DNA of 22,993 nt from Candidatus Pampinifervens sinense. Lineage in GTDB: Bacteria; Aquificota; Aquificia; Aquificales; Aquificaceae. The stretch covers positions 167,623-190,615 of the forward strand of contig JAXSPP010000003.1 of the NCBI GenBank assembly GCA_037927135.1, written 5' to 3'. How positions within the stretch are numbered: position 1 is the stretch's first letter; every line of letters starts with the position of its first letter. Both the position numbers and the translations under genes were made by a program. This document shows, piece by piece, positions 1 to 9,849 of this stretch. The notes under the pieces were generated by a model, which saw nothing but the letters and a program-made list of their open reading frames with translations, was not told the DNA's origin and did no database searches.

Positions 1-600
1 GTGGTGCTTGATGGTAAGGAGGTTTTGGAACCAGGCCCGGACAGAGCCATGGTCTTTCAAAACTATTCCCTTCTGCCTTGGCTTTCTGTGTATGAAAACG
101 TTATGCTTGCAGTAAGGTCGGTTTTTAAGTGTGAAGAGCTAAAAAAGGCTATAAGGAGGGCGGAGGATTACTTAAAACTGGCAGGCCTTTGGGAACACAG
201 AAACAAGCCTCCTTCCCAAATCTCCGGTGGTATGAAGCAAAGAACGGCCCTTGTGAGGGCTTTGGCTGTGGACCCTAAGGTGCTTCTCCTTGATGAACCC
301 TTTGGTGCCCTTGACGCCTTAACAAGAGCTACATTGCAAGATGAGCTTTTAAAAATATGGGAAAGGGATAAAAAAACTGTGCTTATGGTTACTCACGATG
401 TGGAGGAGGCTATATACATGTCTGACCGCATAGTGATTATGAGCAATGGACCAGCCGCTAAGGTCTATGACATTGTGAAGGTTGGCATAAAAAGGCCGAG
501 GGTGAGAGAGGAGATGATAAGGTTAAAGGAGTACTTAGACCTTAAGGAATACCTGATATACACCTTAAGGGAAAAGTTAAGAAGGAGGGAAGTGGCATGA
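1..600 (+). CDS. Nitrate/cyanate ABC transporter ATP-binding subunit (NrtD/CynD-like), 5'-truncated by the window edge
   Basis: MVFQNYSLLPW Q-loop, ISGGMKQR signature, VLLLDEPFGALD Walker B/D-loop, MVTHD H-loop. Walker A is absent, so the true start is upstream of base 1. Overlaps cyanase start (ATGA). Confidence 0.88.
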   Translation: MVLDGKEVLEPGPDRAMVFQNYSLLPWLSVYENVMLAVRSVFKCEELKKAIRRAEDYLKLAGLWEHRNKPPSQISGGMKQRTALVRALAVDPKVLLLDEPFGALDALTRATLQDELLKIWERDKKTVLMVTHDVEEAIYMSDRIVIMSNGPAAKVYDIVKVGIKRPRVREEMIRLKEYLDLKEYLIYTLREKLRRREVA

Positions 601-1076
601 GGTATGAAGCTGGTTTTATCACAAGAGAAGAGGTAAGGAAGTTATTGCTTTCAGCCAAGGATAAAAAGGGTTTCACATGGTCTAGGTTAGCCGAGGCCAT
701 GGGTTTAAGCCCAGTATACACAGCCATGTTAGTATACGGCTATGGGCAGGCAACGGAAGAAGAGGCAAGCAAATTGACAGATATTCTAGAGATTCCAGCA
801 GAGATTAAAGAAGAGGTTAAAAGGGTTTTAACCAAGGCCCCCTACAGGACTCCTTCCCAACCATGGCCTCCCACAGATCCCTTTGTCTATAGGCTTTATG
901 AAGTAGTCTTGCTTTATGGCCCTGTTATTAAGGATGTGGCCCATGAACTCTTTGGCGATGGCATCATGAGCGCCATAGATATGTCAATAGATGTGCAAAA
1001 GATAGAAGAACCAACGGGCACTCCAAGAATGGTGCTGACCCTCAATGGTAAGTGGCTTCATTACAAAAAGTTCTAA
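597..1076 (+). CDS. cynS: Cyanase (cyanate hydratase)
   Basis: N-terminal HTH-like domain plus PTDPFVYRLYE, FGDGIMSAID and LNGKWLHY motifs carrying the catalytic Arg, Glu and Ser. Confidence 0.96.
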   Translation: MRYEAGFITREEVRKLLLSAKDKKGFTWSRLAEAMGLSPVYTAMLVYGYGQATEEEASKLTDILEIPAEIKEEVKRVLTKAPYRTPSQPWPPTDPFVYRLYEVVLLYGPVIKDVAHELFGDGIMSAIDMSIDVQKIEEPTGTPRMVLTLNGKWLHYKKF

Positions 1077-1094
1077 ACTGCAAGGGGGTATGAA

Positions 1095-2519
1095 GTGAGA
1101 CGTATCATAGAAGCTATAAAATCGGGCAATCCTAAGGCTCTTTTTGCATCCTTTTTGTACTTTGATACGGGCTTTAGCATATGGCTTTTGCTTGGCGCTT
1201 TGGCGCCCTTTATAGCCCAAGAATTAAATCTTTCCCCTGCACAAAAGGGTTTTCTTGTAGCTGTCCCCGTTCTCTCTGCCGCCATCCTTAGGATAAACTT
1301 TGGCTATCTCTACCAGTCTGTAGATGGAAGAAAGATAGCACTGGCTGGTATAATCCTTTCAAGCATTCCATCCCTTTTTGCCCTTCTCTTCCCATCCTAT
1401 TTAGATGATTACACGGTGCTTCTCCTCTTGGGTGTGCTTTTGGGTATGGGTGGAGCCAGCTTTGCAGTTGCTCTTCCCATGGCTGGTAGCAACTATCCGA
1501 GAGAAGTTCAAGGTCTTGTATTGGGCCTTGCGGCGGCTGGAAACATAGGGGCTGTTTTGGATGGCATCCTTTTCCCTCCTCTTGCAAAGACCTTTGGCTG
1601 GAAAGAAACGATGGCTATGGCTGGGCTTTTGCTGGTGATAACCTTTTTGGTGGTCTTTTTCTGGGCAAAGGATAAAGGGGAGAAGGAAGGTAAAGGAACT
1701 TATCCCATCCTTGTCTTTGCCATAACCATCCTCTTTATGCTATTTTTGGTTCCAGCTCTTGAGAAGGGTTGGCTTGGTATAAAAGGCAAAGAAGCCTTGC
1801 TTTTACTCCCACTTATAGGAAGCGTCTTTGTGCTTTCCTTCCTGCCAAACAGATACAGAAGAGTTTTTCTTGAAAGGGATACATGGCTTATGGTCCTCAT
1901 ATACAGCATAACCTTTGGCGGCTTTGTGGGTATGTCTTCATATGTAAGCCTTTATCTCATTGACCAGTATGACTTTTCAAAGATTGAGGCTGGGGCTCTA
2001 ATGTCCCTCTTTGCCTTTACGGGAGCTTTTATAAGGCCCTTTGGAGGCTTTATTGCGGATATGATAAGCGGTGTTAGAGCCTTGACCTTTATACTCTTTA
2101 GCATAGCCAGCATGTACATGGTGTTGTCTGTGCTTAAACTACCACCCTTCCTTGGTGTGCTTGCCCTTCTTGTAATCTTTGCCTTTTTCGGTCTTGGCAA
2201 CGGTGCAACCTTCCAGCTTGTGCCACACCGATGGCCAAAGGTTAGGGGTATGATGGCTGGCATTATAGGCGCTGCCGGCGGTTTTGGAGGCTTTTATCTT
2301 CCCACCGTCTTAGGTATAGTAAAGGAAACAACCGGCTCTTACTCTGCTGGCTTTTTCCTCTTTTCAATGGTAGCCCTAACTGCCTTGGTTCTGTTAAGGC
2401 TTGTGCATAGTCAATGGATGGAATGGGCTTATGTTAGGTATGACTACGAGAAGGATATGCTAACCGGTATAGCTCCCAACGGGAGGGTGGTGATGGATTT
2501 TGTTTATAAGGAGGATTAA
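1095..2519 (+). CDS. NarK/NasA-family nitrate/nitrite MFS transporter
   Basis: Multi-TM MFS. Conserved Arg residues in AILRINFG and FIRPFGG, nitrate-signature-like FFGLGNGATFQLVP and GAAGGFGGF. GTG start with AGGGGG RBS. Next to nitrate reductase. Confidence 0.9.
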   Translation: MRRIIEAIKSGNPKALFASFLYFDTGFSIWLLLGALAPFIAQELNLSPAQKGFLVAVPVLSAAILRINFGYLYQSVDGRKIALAGIILSSIPSLFALLFPSYLDDYTVLLLLGVLLGMGGASFAVALPMAGSNYPREVQGLVLGLAAAGNIGAVLDGILFPPLAKTFGWKETMAMAGLLLVITFLVVFFWAKDKGEKEGKGTYPILVFAITILFMLFLVPALEKGWLGIKGKEALLLLPLIGSVFVLSFLPNRYRRVFLERDTWLMVLIYSITFGGFVGMSSYVSLYLIDQYDFSKIEAGALMSLFAFTGAFIRPFGGFIADMISGVRALTFILFSIASMYMVLSVLKLPPFLGVLALLVIFAFFGLGNGATFQLVPHRWPKVRGMMAGIIGAAGGFGGFYLPTVLGIVKETTGSYSAGFFLFSMVALTALVLLRLVHSQWMEWAYVRYDYEKDMLTGIAPNGRVVMDFVYKED

Positions 2520-2520
2520 A

Positions 2521-4539
2521 ATGAAAGCCTTTCAATGTCCTTACTGTGGAGTGGGCTGTGGCCTCCTGTGGGATGAGGGAAAGATAAGGGGAGACAGGAG
2601 CCATCCGGCCTCACGGGGAGAGGTCTGCAAAAAGCCCCTTTACTATCCAGAGGCGATGCACAAGGGAAGACTTTTAAAGCCCATGTTTAGGGAAACTAAG
2701 AAAGAACCCTTTAGGGAGATAAGCTGGGAAGAGGCCTACTCCATACTTTTAAAAAAGTTAAAAGAACACTCTCCCGAAGAGCTTTACTTTTACCTTTCAG
2801 GACAGCTTTTGACGGAAGACATATATGTGATGAACAAGTTTATAAAAGGTTTTTTAAAGACAAATAATGTGGATGCCAACTCAAGGCTCTGTATGGCAAC
2901 GGCCGTAGTGGCATACAGGCTGGCCTTTGGCTCCGATGGCCCACCTTGCTCTTATGAGGACCTGGATGATGCAGACACCTTTGTCTTTGCAGGCTCCAAC
3001 GCCCTTTGGACCCATCCCGTGCTTTTCAAAAGGATACTCAAAAGAAAGGCCAAGGGAGAGGCTATAAACATAATAGTTATAGACCCTGTAAAAACACAAA
3101 CGGCCCAAAAGGCAGACAAACACTACCAAATAAGGGCTGGAACAGATGCTGTGCTTTTTAACTCGGTGCTTTACGTGCTTTATGAGAAGGGATGGATAGA
3201 CGAAGAGTTTATAAAGAACCATGTAGATGGCTTTGAAGAGGCCATAAAGGAAGCTTTAAAATATCCACCCAAAAGGGCCTCGGAGATATGCAAGATAGAA
3301 GAAAAAGATATATGGGAGCTTGCGGAATACTACGCCTTTAGCAAAAAGCTCATATCCCTGTGGTGCCAAGGCCTCAACCAATCATCGCAAGGTGTTATGA
3401 AGAACATAGCCCTCATAAACCTACACCTTGCCACAGGAAGGCTAAATAACAAGGGCTGTCCCTTTTCCTTGACAGGCCAGCCCAACGCCATGGGTGGAAG
3501 GGAAATGGGCTATCTTTCCAACGGCCTTCCGGGATACAGGGATGTGAGGAAGGAGGAAGACAGGGAGTTTATGGAAGCCTTTTGGGGAATTCCTACGGGT
3601 AGCATAAAGCCCGAGCCGGGTCCAACCATTACAGAGGCCATAGACCTTATGCTTAAGGGAGATATAAAGTTTTTGTGGGTGGTTGCCACAAACCCTGCCA
3701 TTACTCTACCAAACCTTGGCAAGGTGTGGAAAGCCCTTGAAAAGGTCTTTTTGGTGGTCCAAGATGCCTATTGGAACCATACCTGTGAGTTTGCCAACCT
3801 CCTACTGCCCGCAAGCCAGGTGGGTGAAAAGGAAGGGGTGATGACAGGGTCCGACAGGACCATAAGCCTATGCACCAAGTTCTCAGAAGCTCCCGGCCAA
3901 GCCAAGGAAGACTGGAGGGTATTTACAGAGCTGGCTCAAAGGATGGGCTATGAAAGGCACTTTCCCTACAGGTCCTCAGAAGAAGTCTTTAATGAGCTAA
4001 AGAAGGCCACAAAGGGCAGGCTCTGCGATATATCTTCCTTTTCTTACAAAGATTTACCCAAGAGGTGGGGAGGAAAACACCTTTATGAGGACCTAAGGTT
4101 CAAAACAGACACGGGAAGGGCCAAGATGTACCCAGCTATATACAAGCATCATCATGCAAGGTTTATCCTTATAACGGGAAGGACAAAGAACCAGTGGCAT
4201 ACTATGACAAGGACTGGCAAAAGCCCAGAGCTTTTAAAGGGAGAGGAAGAACCTTTTTTGCTTATGAACCCGGAGGACGCCCAAAGCATGGGAATAGCGG
4301 AAGGAGACAAGGTCAAGCTTATGTCTTTGGAGAACAAGGAGCTGGTTGAGTTAAAGGTAAGGCTTGGAGAGATAAAGAGGGGGCACCTTTTTGCGCCCTT
4401 TGGCTATGGGTCTGTGCCCGTTAACCTGCTTTTGGGAGACAAAAGGGATCCCATTTCAAAGGAGCCAGAACTAAAGTTTACACCTGTTTTGGTATATGCA
4501 AAGGATAGGAGGCTTATGGCCCATGGGCTTGAAAGGTAA
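2521..4539 (+). CDS. Assimilatory nitrate reductase, molybdopterin catalytic subunit (NarB/NasA-type)
   Basis: CPYCGVGCG...C [4Fe-4S] motif, NSRLCMATA Mo-ligand Cys, LTGQPNAMGGRE, TGRTKNQWHTMTRTG. Start moved to ATG 2521 after an AGGAGG RBS (ORF track starts at 2500). Confidence 0.92.
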   Translation: MKAFQCPYCGVGCGLLWDEGKIRGDRSHPASRGEVCKKPLYYPEAMHKGRLLKPMFRETKKEPFREISWEEAYSILLKKLKEHSPEELYFYLSGQLLTEDIYVMNKFIKGFLKTNNVDANSRLCMATAVVAYRLAFGSDGPPCSYEDLDDADTFVFAGSNALWTHPVLFKRILKRKAKGEAINIIVIDPVKTQTAQKADKHYQIRAGTDAVLFNSVLYVLYEKGWIDEEFIKNHVDGFEEAIKEALKYPPKRASEICKIEEKDIWELAEYYAFSKKLISLWCQGLNQSSQGVMKNIALINLHLATGRLNNKGCPFSLTGQPNAMGGREMGYLSNGLPGYRDVRKEEDREFMEAFWGIPTGSIKPEPGPTITEAIDLMLKGDIKFLWVVATNPAITLPNLGKVWKALEKVFLVVQDAYWNHTCEFANLLLPASQVGEKEGVMTGSDRTISLCTKFSEAPGQAKEDWRVFTELAQRMGYERHFPYRSSEEVFNELKKATKGRLCDISSFSYKDLPKRWGGKHLYEDLRFKTDTGRAKMYPAIYKHHHARFILITGRTKNQWHTMTRTGKSPELLKGEEEPFLLMNPEDAQSMGIAEGDKVKLMSLENKELVELKVRLGEIKRGHLFAPFGYGSVPVNLLLGDKRDPISKEPELKFTPVLVYAKDRRLMAHGLER

Positions 4540-5317
4540 AAGGATTGCCATATGCGCCTCAAGGAAGGCACTGAATATAAGCGAGAGGATCATAAACTTA
4601 GGTGGTAGGCCCTTTGTGGAGGATATAGTCAGAATAGAGTATGTGCCAGAAGAGGAGGTAAGGGATACCATTATAGAATCCTTGTCTTTAAAGCCTCACT
4701 TCTTTTTGTTTACCACCGGCGAGGGAACGGAAAGGGTGTTCCAAGTGGCGCAGAAGTATGGCCTTTTTGAGCCTTTGAGGGAAAACATGCTAAAAGGAAC
4801 TATTCTGGCAAGAGGCTATAAGACAAGAAAGGTGCTTCTTAAATATGGCTTTGAGGGCTTTAGGACCGTGGAAAGCTCGGGAGAGTTCATAGGTTTTTTG
4901 AAGGAGGAAGAGGTAAAAGGAAAGGTGGTCTTTATTCAAATGTACGGCGAGGAGCTTCCAGCCTTGGAAAGGCATATGCTTGAAGCTGGTGGAAAGGTCC
5001 TAAAGGTGTGGGTCTATAGGTATGTGCCAGATATGGAAAGAATGGATGCCTTTATTGAAAAGCTTTTGAATGGGTTTTACGATGGGGTGCTTTTCACTTC
5101 GGCCTTTCAGGTAAGGTGGCTCTTTGCCAGGGCAAAGGAAAGGGGTCTAAACAAGGAGCTAAGCAAAAGGATGAACAAAGAATTGACCACCGTATCCGTT
5201 GGGCGCACCACTGCAAAGGCTTTGTTTGAAAACGGCGTTATAAGGGTTTTTATACCAGAGAGGGAAAGGCTCAGCCTTGCAATAAAAGAACTCATAAGGG
5301 CCTTTGAAGATGGGTAA
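4523..5317 (+). CDS. Uroporphyrinogen-III synthase (HemD-like)
   Basis: LKGKRIAI, FTTGEG, VYRY, DGVLFTSAFQV, SVGRTTAKAL HemD-fold motifs. Directly upstream of cobA. Likely ATG at 4523 (track 4496). Confidence 0.8.
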   Translation: MGLKGKRIAICASRKALNISERIINLGGRPFVEDIVRIEYVPEEEVRDTIIESLSLKPHFFLFTTGEGTERVFQVAQKYGLFEPLRENMLKGTILARGYKTRKVLLKYGFEGFRTVESSGEFIGFLKEEEVKGKVVFIQMYGEELPALERHMLEAGGKVLKVWVYRYVPDMERMDAFIEKLLNGFYDGVLFTSAFQVRWLFARAKERGLNKELSKRMNKELTTVSVGRTTAKALFENGVIRVFIPERERLSLAIKELIRAFEDG

Positions 5318-6056
5318 GGTCTATATTGTAGGCGCAGGACCAGGAGACCCAGAGCTTTTAACGCTAAAGGCTTTGAGATTAATAAAGTCAGCAGATATTA
5401 TCCTCTACGACAGGCTCATAAACCAAGAGATATTACTCTTTGCCAAGCCAGATTGCGAGCTGGTCTATGTAGGAAAAGAAGATGGAAAGCATACCATGGA
5501 ACAAGAGAAGATAAACGAGCTTTTGCTAAAGTATGCCCACACAAAGGAAGTGGTGGTAAGGCTAAAAGGGGGAGATCCCTTCATCTTTGGAAGGGGAGGA
5601 GAAGAGGCCCTATTTTTGGTAGAGCATGGCATAGAGTTTGAAGTAGTTCCAGGAGTGAGTTCCTTTTACTCAGTGCCAGCCTACGCTGGCATACCAATAA
5701 CCTTCAGGGGCATATCTTCATCCTTTGCCGTGATAACAGGGCATGAGGACCCAAGAAAGGAAAGGTCTAGCATAGACTGGAAGAGCCTCAAGGGTATAAA
5801 CACATTAATAGTTCTCATGGGAGTCTCAAGGAGGGAGGAGATAGCCAGAAGGCTTATAGAGATAGGAAGGGACCCAAAGGAGCCTGTGGCCTTTATAGAG
5901 AATGGGACCACAGAGAGGCAGAGGGTCATTTTAACAGACCTTTATGAGTTATCCACAAACCCCCCTGAGGTAAGCCCGCCCGCCATCATGGTGGTGGGAG
6001 AGGTGGTAAGGCTCAAAGAAAAGATAGAATGGTTTGAAAGATCACATGCTTTGTAG
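5310..6056 (+). CDS. cobA: Uroporphyrinogen-III C-methyltransferase (siroheme pathway)
   Basis: GKVYIVGAGPGDPELLTLKA, VVRLKGGDPFIFGRGGEE, VVPGVSS, AGIPITFR motifs. Confidence 0.95.
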   Translation: MGKVYIVGAGPGDPELLTLKALRLIKSADIILYDRLINQEILLFAKPDCELVYVGKEDGKHTMEQEKINELLLKYAHTKEVVVRLKGGDPFIFGRGGEEALFLVEHGIEFEVVPGVSSFYSVPAYAGIPITFRGISSSFAVITGHEDPRKERSSIDWKSLKGINTLIVLMGVSRREEIARRLIEIGRDPKEPVAFIENGTTERQRVILTDLYELSTNPPEVSPPAIMVVGEVVRLKEKIEWFERSHAL

Positions 6057-6797
6057 AAATCTTGGAAGCTCTGCCACGCTCTCCAGGATTGCAAAGGGCT
6101 CTATGCCCTTCTTTAGATCCTCTGGCCTAAACTTGCCAGTCTTTACAAGCACGCCCTTTATGCCAGCGTCCTGCGCACCTTTTATATCAAACTCTATATC
6201 ATCGCCAACCATCAGGGCCTCATGAGGTTCAACCCCCAAGGCTTTTAGCACTAAATTGAAAAAGTCCCTTGAGGGCTTTCCTATTATCCTGGCAGATTTT
6301 CCGGAGGCATATTCCAAAGCCTTAACAAAGGGACCCGCATCTAAAGAGAGCTTTCCATCCTTATCCATAAAGTATCTGTTTGGAGCAACAGCAATCAGCT
6401 CTGCACCTTCCAAAAGGTATCTGAAGGCTGTGTTTAAGTTCTCATAGGTAAAGTTCTTATAAGCATCTGCCACCACAACGTACTTTACCGGCTCTTTTGG
6501 CACATCAAACTCCTCATAGGCCTCATCCGTTGATAAAAGGTAAGCTCCGCCACCTTGAGAAAGAACAAACTCTTTTGCTACTCTGAGTGCTGTAAAAAGT
6601 TCTTTCTCTTCCAGATCAAAACCACAGTTAAGCAGGCTTTGAAAAACTTTTTTTGTAGGTATGCGCGTTGTATTAGTTACAAAGGCAAGCTTGTAGTGTT
6701 TTCGCAGCTTACTGACGGCCTCCACACTGCCTTCAATGACCCTATCCCTTATGCATAGCACGCCATCAATATCAAAGAGTATGGCTTTTATACCCAT
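6042..6797 (-). CDS. HAD-superfamily class IIA hydrolase (LHPP/TIGR01458-like)
   Basis: FDIDGVL motif I, FVTNTT motif II, IGKP, MVGDDIEFDIKGA, LVKTGKFR. Confidence 0.9.
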   Translation of the reverse strand: MGIKAILFDIDGVLCIRDRVIEGSVEAVSKLRKHYKLAFVTNTTRIPTKKVFQSLLNCGFDLEEKELFTALRVAKEFVLSQGGGAYLLSTDEAYEEFDVPKEPVKYVVVADAYKNFTYENLNTAFRYLLEGAELIAVAPNRYFMDKDGKLSLDAGPFVKALEYASGKSARIIGKPSRDFFNLVLKALGVEPHEALMVGDDIEFDIKGAQDAGIKGVLVKTGKFRPEDLKKGIEPFAILESVAELPRFLQSM

Positions 6798-6829
6798 TAA
6801 TTAGAAATAATATTTCAGTTGGAACTTTG

Positions 6830-6838
6830 TGGTATAAT
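6830..6838 (+). promoter_or_regulatory. Extended -10 promoter (TGgTATAAT) for acpP-fabF-rnc
   Basis: TG-n-TATAAT at 6830-6838. AGGAGG RBS at 6857-6862 before ATG 6869. Confidence 0.7.
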
Positions 6839-6868
6839 ATTTAGCCAACAACGGACAGGAGGTAAACA

Positions 6869-7105
6869 ATGGACCTAGAGCAAAGGGTAAAAGAGATAAT
6901 AGCCGACCAGCTTGGTGTTGAAGTGGATAAACTAAGCCCTGAGGCAAAGTTTGTAGAGGATCTTGGAGCGGACTCCCTTGATGTGGTGGAGCTTATCATG
7001 GCCTTTGAGGAAGAGTTTGGTATTGAAATACCCGATGAGGACGCAGAAAAGATAAGGACTGTAGGAGACGTTATAGACTACCTCAAGGAGAAGGTGAAGG
7101 CTTGA
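6869..7105 (+). CDS. acpP: Acyl carrier protein
   Basis: [12 protein letters not shown] phosphopantetheine site, acidic 78 aa, strong RBS. Confidence 0.97.
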   Translation: MDLEQRVKEIIADQLGVEVDKLSPEAKFVEDLGADSLDVVELIMAFEEEFGIEIPDEDAEKIRTVGDVIDYLKEKVKA

Positions 7106-8343
7106 AAAGGCGTGTAGTGGTCACTGGGCTGGGGGTAGTTTCCCCCATAGGAACGGGTGTAGAAAAGTTTTGGTCCAATCTTATAGCAGGTGTAAGCGGT
7201 GTAGATATAATAAGGAGGTTTGATCCTGTAGAGCTTGGGCTTCCGGTTCATATTGCAGCAGAAGTAAAGGACTTTGAACCAGAAAAATACTTTGATAAGA
7301 AGGAGATACAGAAGGTTTCGGACTTTATAAAGTATGCCGTTGCTGCGGCAGAGGAGGCCATAAAAGACAGCGGCCTTTTGGAGAGCAAATTTGATCCATA
7401 CAGGGTTGGTGTGATCATAGGTACTGGTATTGGGGGTTTAAGGGACATTGAGGAACAGCACAAGATACTTATGGAAAAGGGTCCAAGGAGGGTTTCTCCC
7501 TTCTTTATACCCTACGGCATATCCAACATGGCAAGCGGTCTTGTGGCCATACGCTTTGGCTTTAAAGGCCCAAATTATTGTGTGGTCTCCGCCTGCGCCA
7601 CGGGCAATCATGCCATCGGCGATGCCATGAGGCTGATACAAAAGGGAGATATAGATGTGGCCATAGCTGGGGGTTGTGAGAGCGCCATAACACCCCTTGG
7701 AGTGGCAGGCTTTGCCTCCATGAAGGCCCTTTCCACAAGGAACCATGAGCCTCAAAAGGCCTCAAGGCCCTTTGACAGAGACAGGGATGGCTTTGTGATG
7801 GGTGAGGGGGCTGGCATATTGGTTTTGGAAGAATATGAACATGCAAAGGCAAGGGGAGCAAAGATATACGCAGAGCTTGTAGGTTATGGTGCCACGGACG
7901 ATGCCTACCATATTACCGCACCATGCGCCGACGGAGAGGGTGCATACATGTGCATGAAGCTTGCCTTAGAGGATGCGGGTGTGAAACCTGAGGAGATAGA
8001 TTACATAAATGCCCACGGCACTTCCACACCTTTGAACGACAAGTCTGAAACACTGGCCATAAAAAGGCTTTTTGGAGAGCATGCCTACAAGCTAAAAATA
8101 AGCTCCAACAAATCTATGATAGGGCATCTTTTGGGTGCTGCGGGAGCGGTGGAGGCTGTGGCCACAGTAAAGACCATACAAACGGGCATAATACCACCCA
8201 CCATAAACTTGGAAAACCCCGATCCTGAGTGCGACCTTGATTATGTGCCAAACAAGGCTATAGAGTATCCTGTGGTTTATGCCCTTTCCAATTCCTTCGG
8301 CTTTGGCGGAACCAATGCAAGCCTTCTCTTCAAAAAACTTTGA
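7102..8343 (+). CDS. fabF: 3-oxoacyl-ACP synthase II
   Basis: [15 protein letters not shown] catalytic Cys, [28 protein letters not shown]. Follows acpP. Confidence 0.96.
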   Translation: MKRRVVVTGLGVVSPIGTGVEKFWSNLIAGVSGVDIIRRFDPVELGLPVHIAAEVKDFEPEKYFDKKEIQKVSDFIKYAVAAAEEAIKDSGLLESKFDPYRVGVIIGTGIGGLRDIEEQHKILMEKGPRRVSPFFIPYGISNMASGLVAIRFGFKGPNYCVVSACATGNHAIGDAMRLIQKGDIDVAIAGGCESAITPLGVAGFASMKALSTRNHEPQKASRPFDRDRDGFVMGEGAGILVLEEYEHAKARGAKIYAELVGYGATDDAYHITAPCADGEGAYMCMKLALEDAGVKPEEIDYINAHGTSTPLNDKSETLAIKRLFGEHAYKLKISSNKSMIGHLLGAAGAVEAVATVKTIQTGIIPPTINLENPDPECDLDYVPNKAIEYPVVYALSNSFGFGGTNASLLFKKL

Positions 8344-9040
8344 AGACCTTGAGAAGGCCATAGGCTACGTTTTTAAGAACAAAGACCTTTTAATTCAAGC
8401 CTTTACTCACAAGTCTTATGCAGGTGAGCAAAAGCTTAAGAGCTATGAGACTTTGGAGTTTCTCGGAGACTCTCTTATAAACTTCTTTGTTGTAGACATA
8501 CTTCTTTCCGAATTTCCAGAGGCTTCGGAAGGAGAATTGGCTATGATGAAGTCCTATTTTGTAAGCGAAGATTACCTTTATGAGCTTGCGGAAGAGCTCT
8601 CCTTGGGTAAGTATATACTTGTAGGTGGTAAAAACAGAAGGAGTCATATAAGCACCTCTTTGATGGCCGATACCTTTGAGGCTCTATGGGCTGCCATTTA
8701 CATTGATTGTGGAAGGTCTGCCGATACGGCAAAAGGTTTATTTGATAGGTTATTCAAGGATAGAATAGTTGAAGCGGTCAAAAACAAGGATTATATAAGG
8801 GACTATAAAACCCTTCTGCAGGAAGAAACCCAAAGAAGGTGGAAGGAAAGGCCTGTCTATAGGCTCATAAGCGTAGAAGGTCCACATCACAACAGGATAT
8901 TTGAGGTGGAGTGTAGCATAAGGGAGTTTAGGGCAACGGCAAAGGGGAAAAATAAGAAAACGGCTCAACAGCTTGCTGCAAAAAAGGTGCTTGAGCTTAT
9001 CCTGTCTTCTGAAAGTTCATCTCAAACAACTTCCTGTTGA
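8315..9040 (+). CDS. rnc: Ribonuclease III
   Basis: [10 protein letters not shown] signature, [15 protein letters not shown]-terminal dsRBD (DYKTLLQE...EGPHH...[12 protein letters not shown]). Start uncertain (8279 or 8315; both overlap the fabF end). Confidence 0.94.
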   Translation: MQAFSSKNFEDLEKAIGYVFKNKDLLIQAFTHKSYAGEQKLKSYETLEFLGDSLINFFVVDILLSEFPEASEGELAMMKSYFVSEDYLYELAEELSLGKYILVGGKNRRSHISTSLMADTFEALWAAIYIDCGRSADTAKGLFDRLFKDRIVEAVKNKDYIRDYKTLLQEETQRRWKERPVYRLISVEGPHHNRIFEVECSIREFRATAKGKNKKTAQQLAAKKVLELILSSESSSQTTSC

Positions 9041-9503
9041 AGTTCAAGGCTTGTTTCATAACCTCCAAACAAGCCCTAAAAGGTGTAAACATGGCGTAGA
9101 GCTTTGGGCTTTCCTTTTCCACTTGAAGTATATCCTCAAGCAAGTTAGCCAAAGCCTCCGTTTTTGAATTGATAGAATTGGGTATGTCCAGCCTTTCCAC
9201 CTCTCTTAAAAGCTCTTCTGGCAGGTTTGCAAGTAATGTAGCTTCAAAGTTGAAAACTTCATACATATCGTAGAGGTAATCAATGACTTCATTAATGCTC
9301 TTAAAAAGTTCCTTTTCAATCCTGTAAATAGCCTTCCTATAGGCTTCCAATTCTTCATCCCTCAAGGAACATGCCTCTGCCAAAAAGCTCACTTCTTCAA
9401 GGTCTGCTTTTAGCTCTTTCAAGATCATCTCCAAGAGATTAAGGTTATACCTTATTAGCCTATCTTGCATCAGAAGGGCGCTCAGCACCACACTCCTTTC
9501 CAT
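8997..9503 (-). CDS. Hypothetical helical protein
   Basis: Long ORF filling the gap between rnc and the TOPRIM gene. GGAGG precedes ATG 9503 (MERSVV). No recognisable motif. Confidence 0.7.
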   Translation of the reverse strand: MERSVVLSALLMQDRLIRYNLNLLEMILKELKADLEEVSFLAEACSLRDEELEAYRKAIYRIEKELFKSINEVIDYLYDMYEVFNFEATLLANLPEELLREVERLDIPNSINSKTEALANLLEDILQVEKESPKLYAMFTPFRACLEVMKQALNFNRKLFEMNFQKTG

Positions 9504-9819
9504 ACACATCCTCCACAAAGGTTATTCCCAAACCTCTCAACTCTTCTCTAAAATCTTCTATTAAAATATATCCCTGGCTTTCTAAAAGTGTTTTTACCTT
9601 TTCCTTTATCCTCTCGCCGTGCTTGTCAAGGTCAAAAAGTAGTATGACCTCCGAATAACCTTCCAAGAGGTCTGGAAGGTCGGTGAACCTTTTCCCTTCT
9701 AAAGTGAATATGTTCTTAATACCGAACTTAGAAAGGGCCTGTTTGTCCCTTTTACCCTCTACCAAAACAGCCCTACTTTTTGAAGCTTCCCTTAGCCTCT
9801 CTAGCCAATCTGCAAGCAT
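9460..9819 (-). CDS. Small standalone TOPRIM-domain protein (small primase-like/RNase M5-like)
   Basis: VLVEGKRD (conserved Glu) and LLFDLDKHGE (DxD) TOPRIM motifs in 119 aa. Confidence 0.85.
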   Translation of the reverse strand: MLADWLERLREASKSRAVLVEGKRDKQALSKFGIKNIFTLEGKRFTDLPDLLEGYSEVILLFDLDKHGERIKEKVKTLLESQGYILIEDFREELRGLGITFVEDVYGKECGAERPSDAR

Positions 9820-9825
9820 TAAGTA

Positions 9826-9834
9826 TGTTATACT
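9826..9834 (+). promoter_or_regulatory. Extended -10 (TGtTATACT) upstream of gyrA/parC
   Basis: TG-n-TATACT in the 30-bp divergent gap between the TOPRIM gene and gyrA. Confidence 0.5.
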
Positions 9835-9849
9835 ATATTTGCTGGCACC

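Noticed and set aside
1090-1098. Mini-ORF ATG AAG TGA overlapping the narK GTG start
   Set aside because: The purine-rich RBS is 1 nt from this ATG but 6 nt from the GTG; probably chance.
4523-5317. NnaR-type nitrate regulator (HemD domain plus DNA-binding domain)
   Set aside because: The protein ends after the HemD fold and has no C-terminal winged-helix domain.
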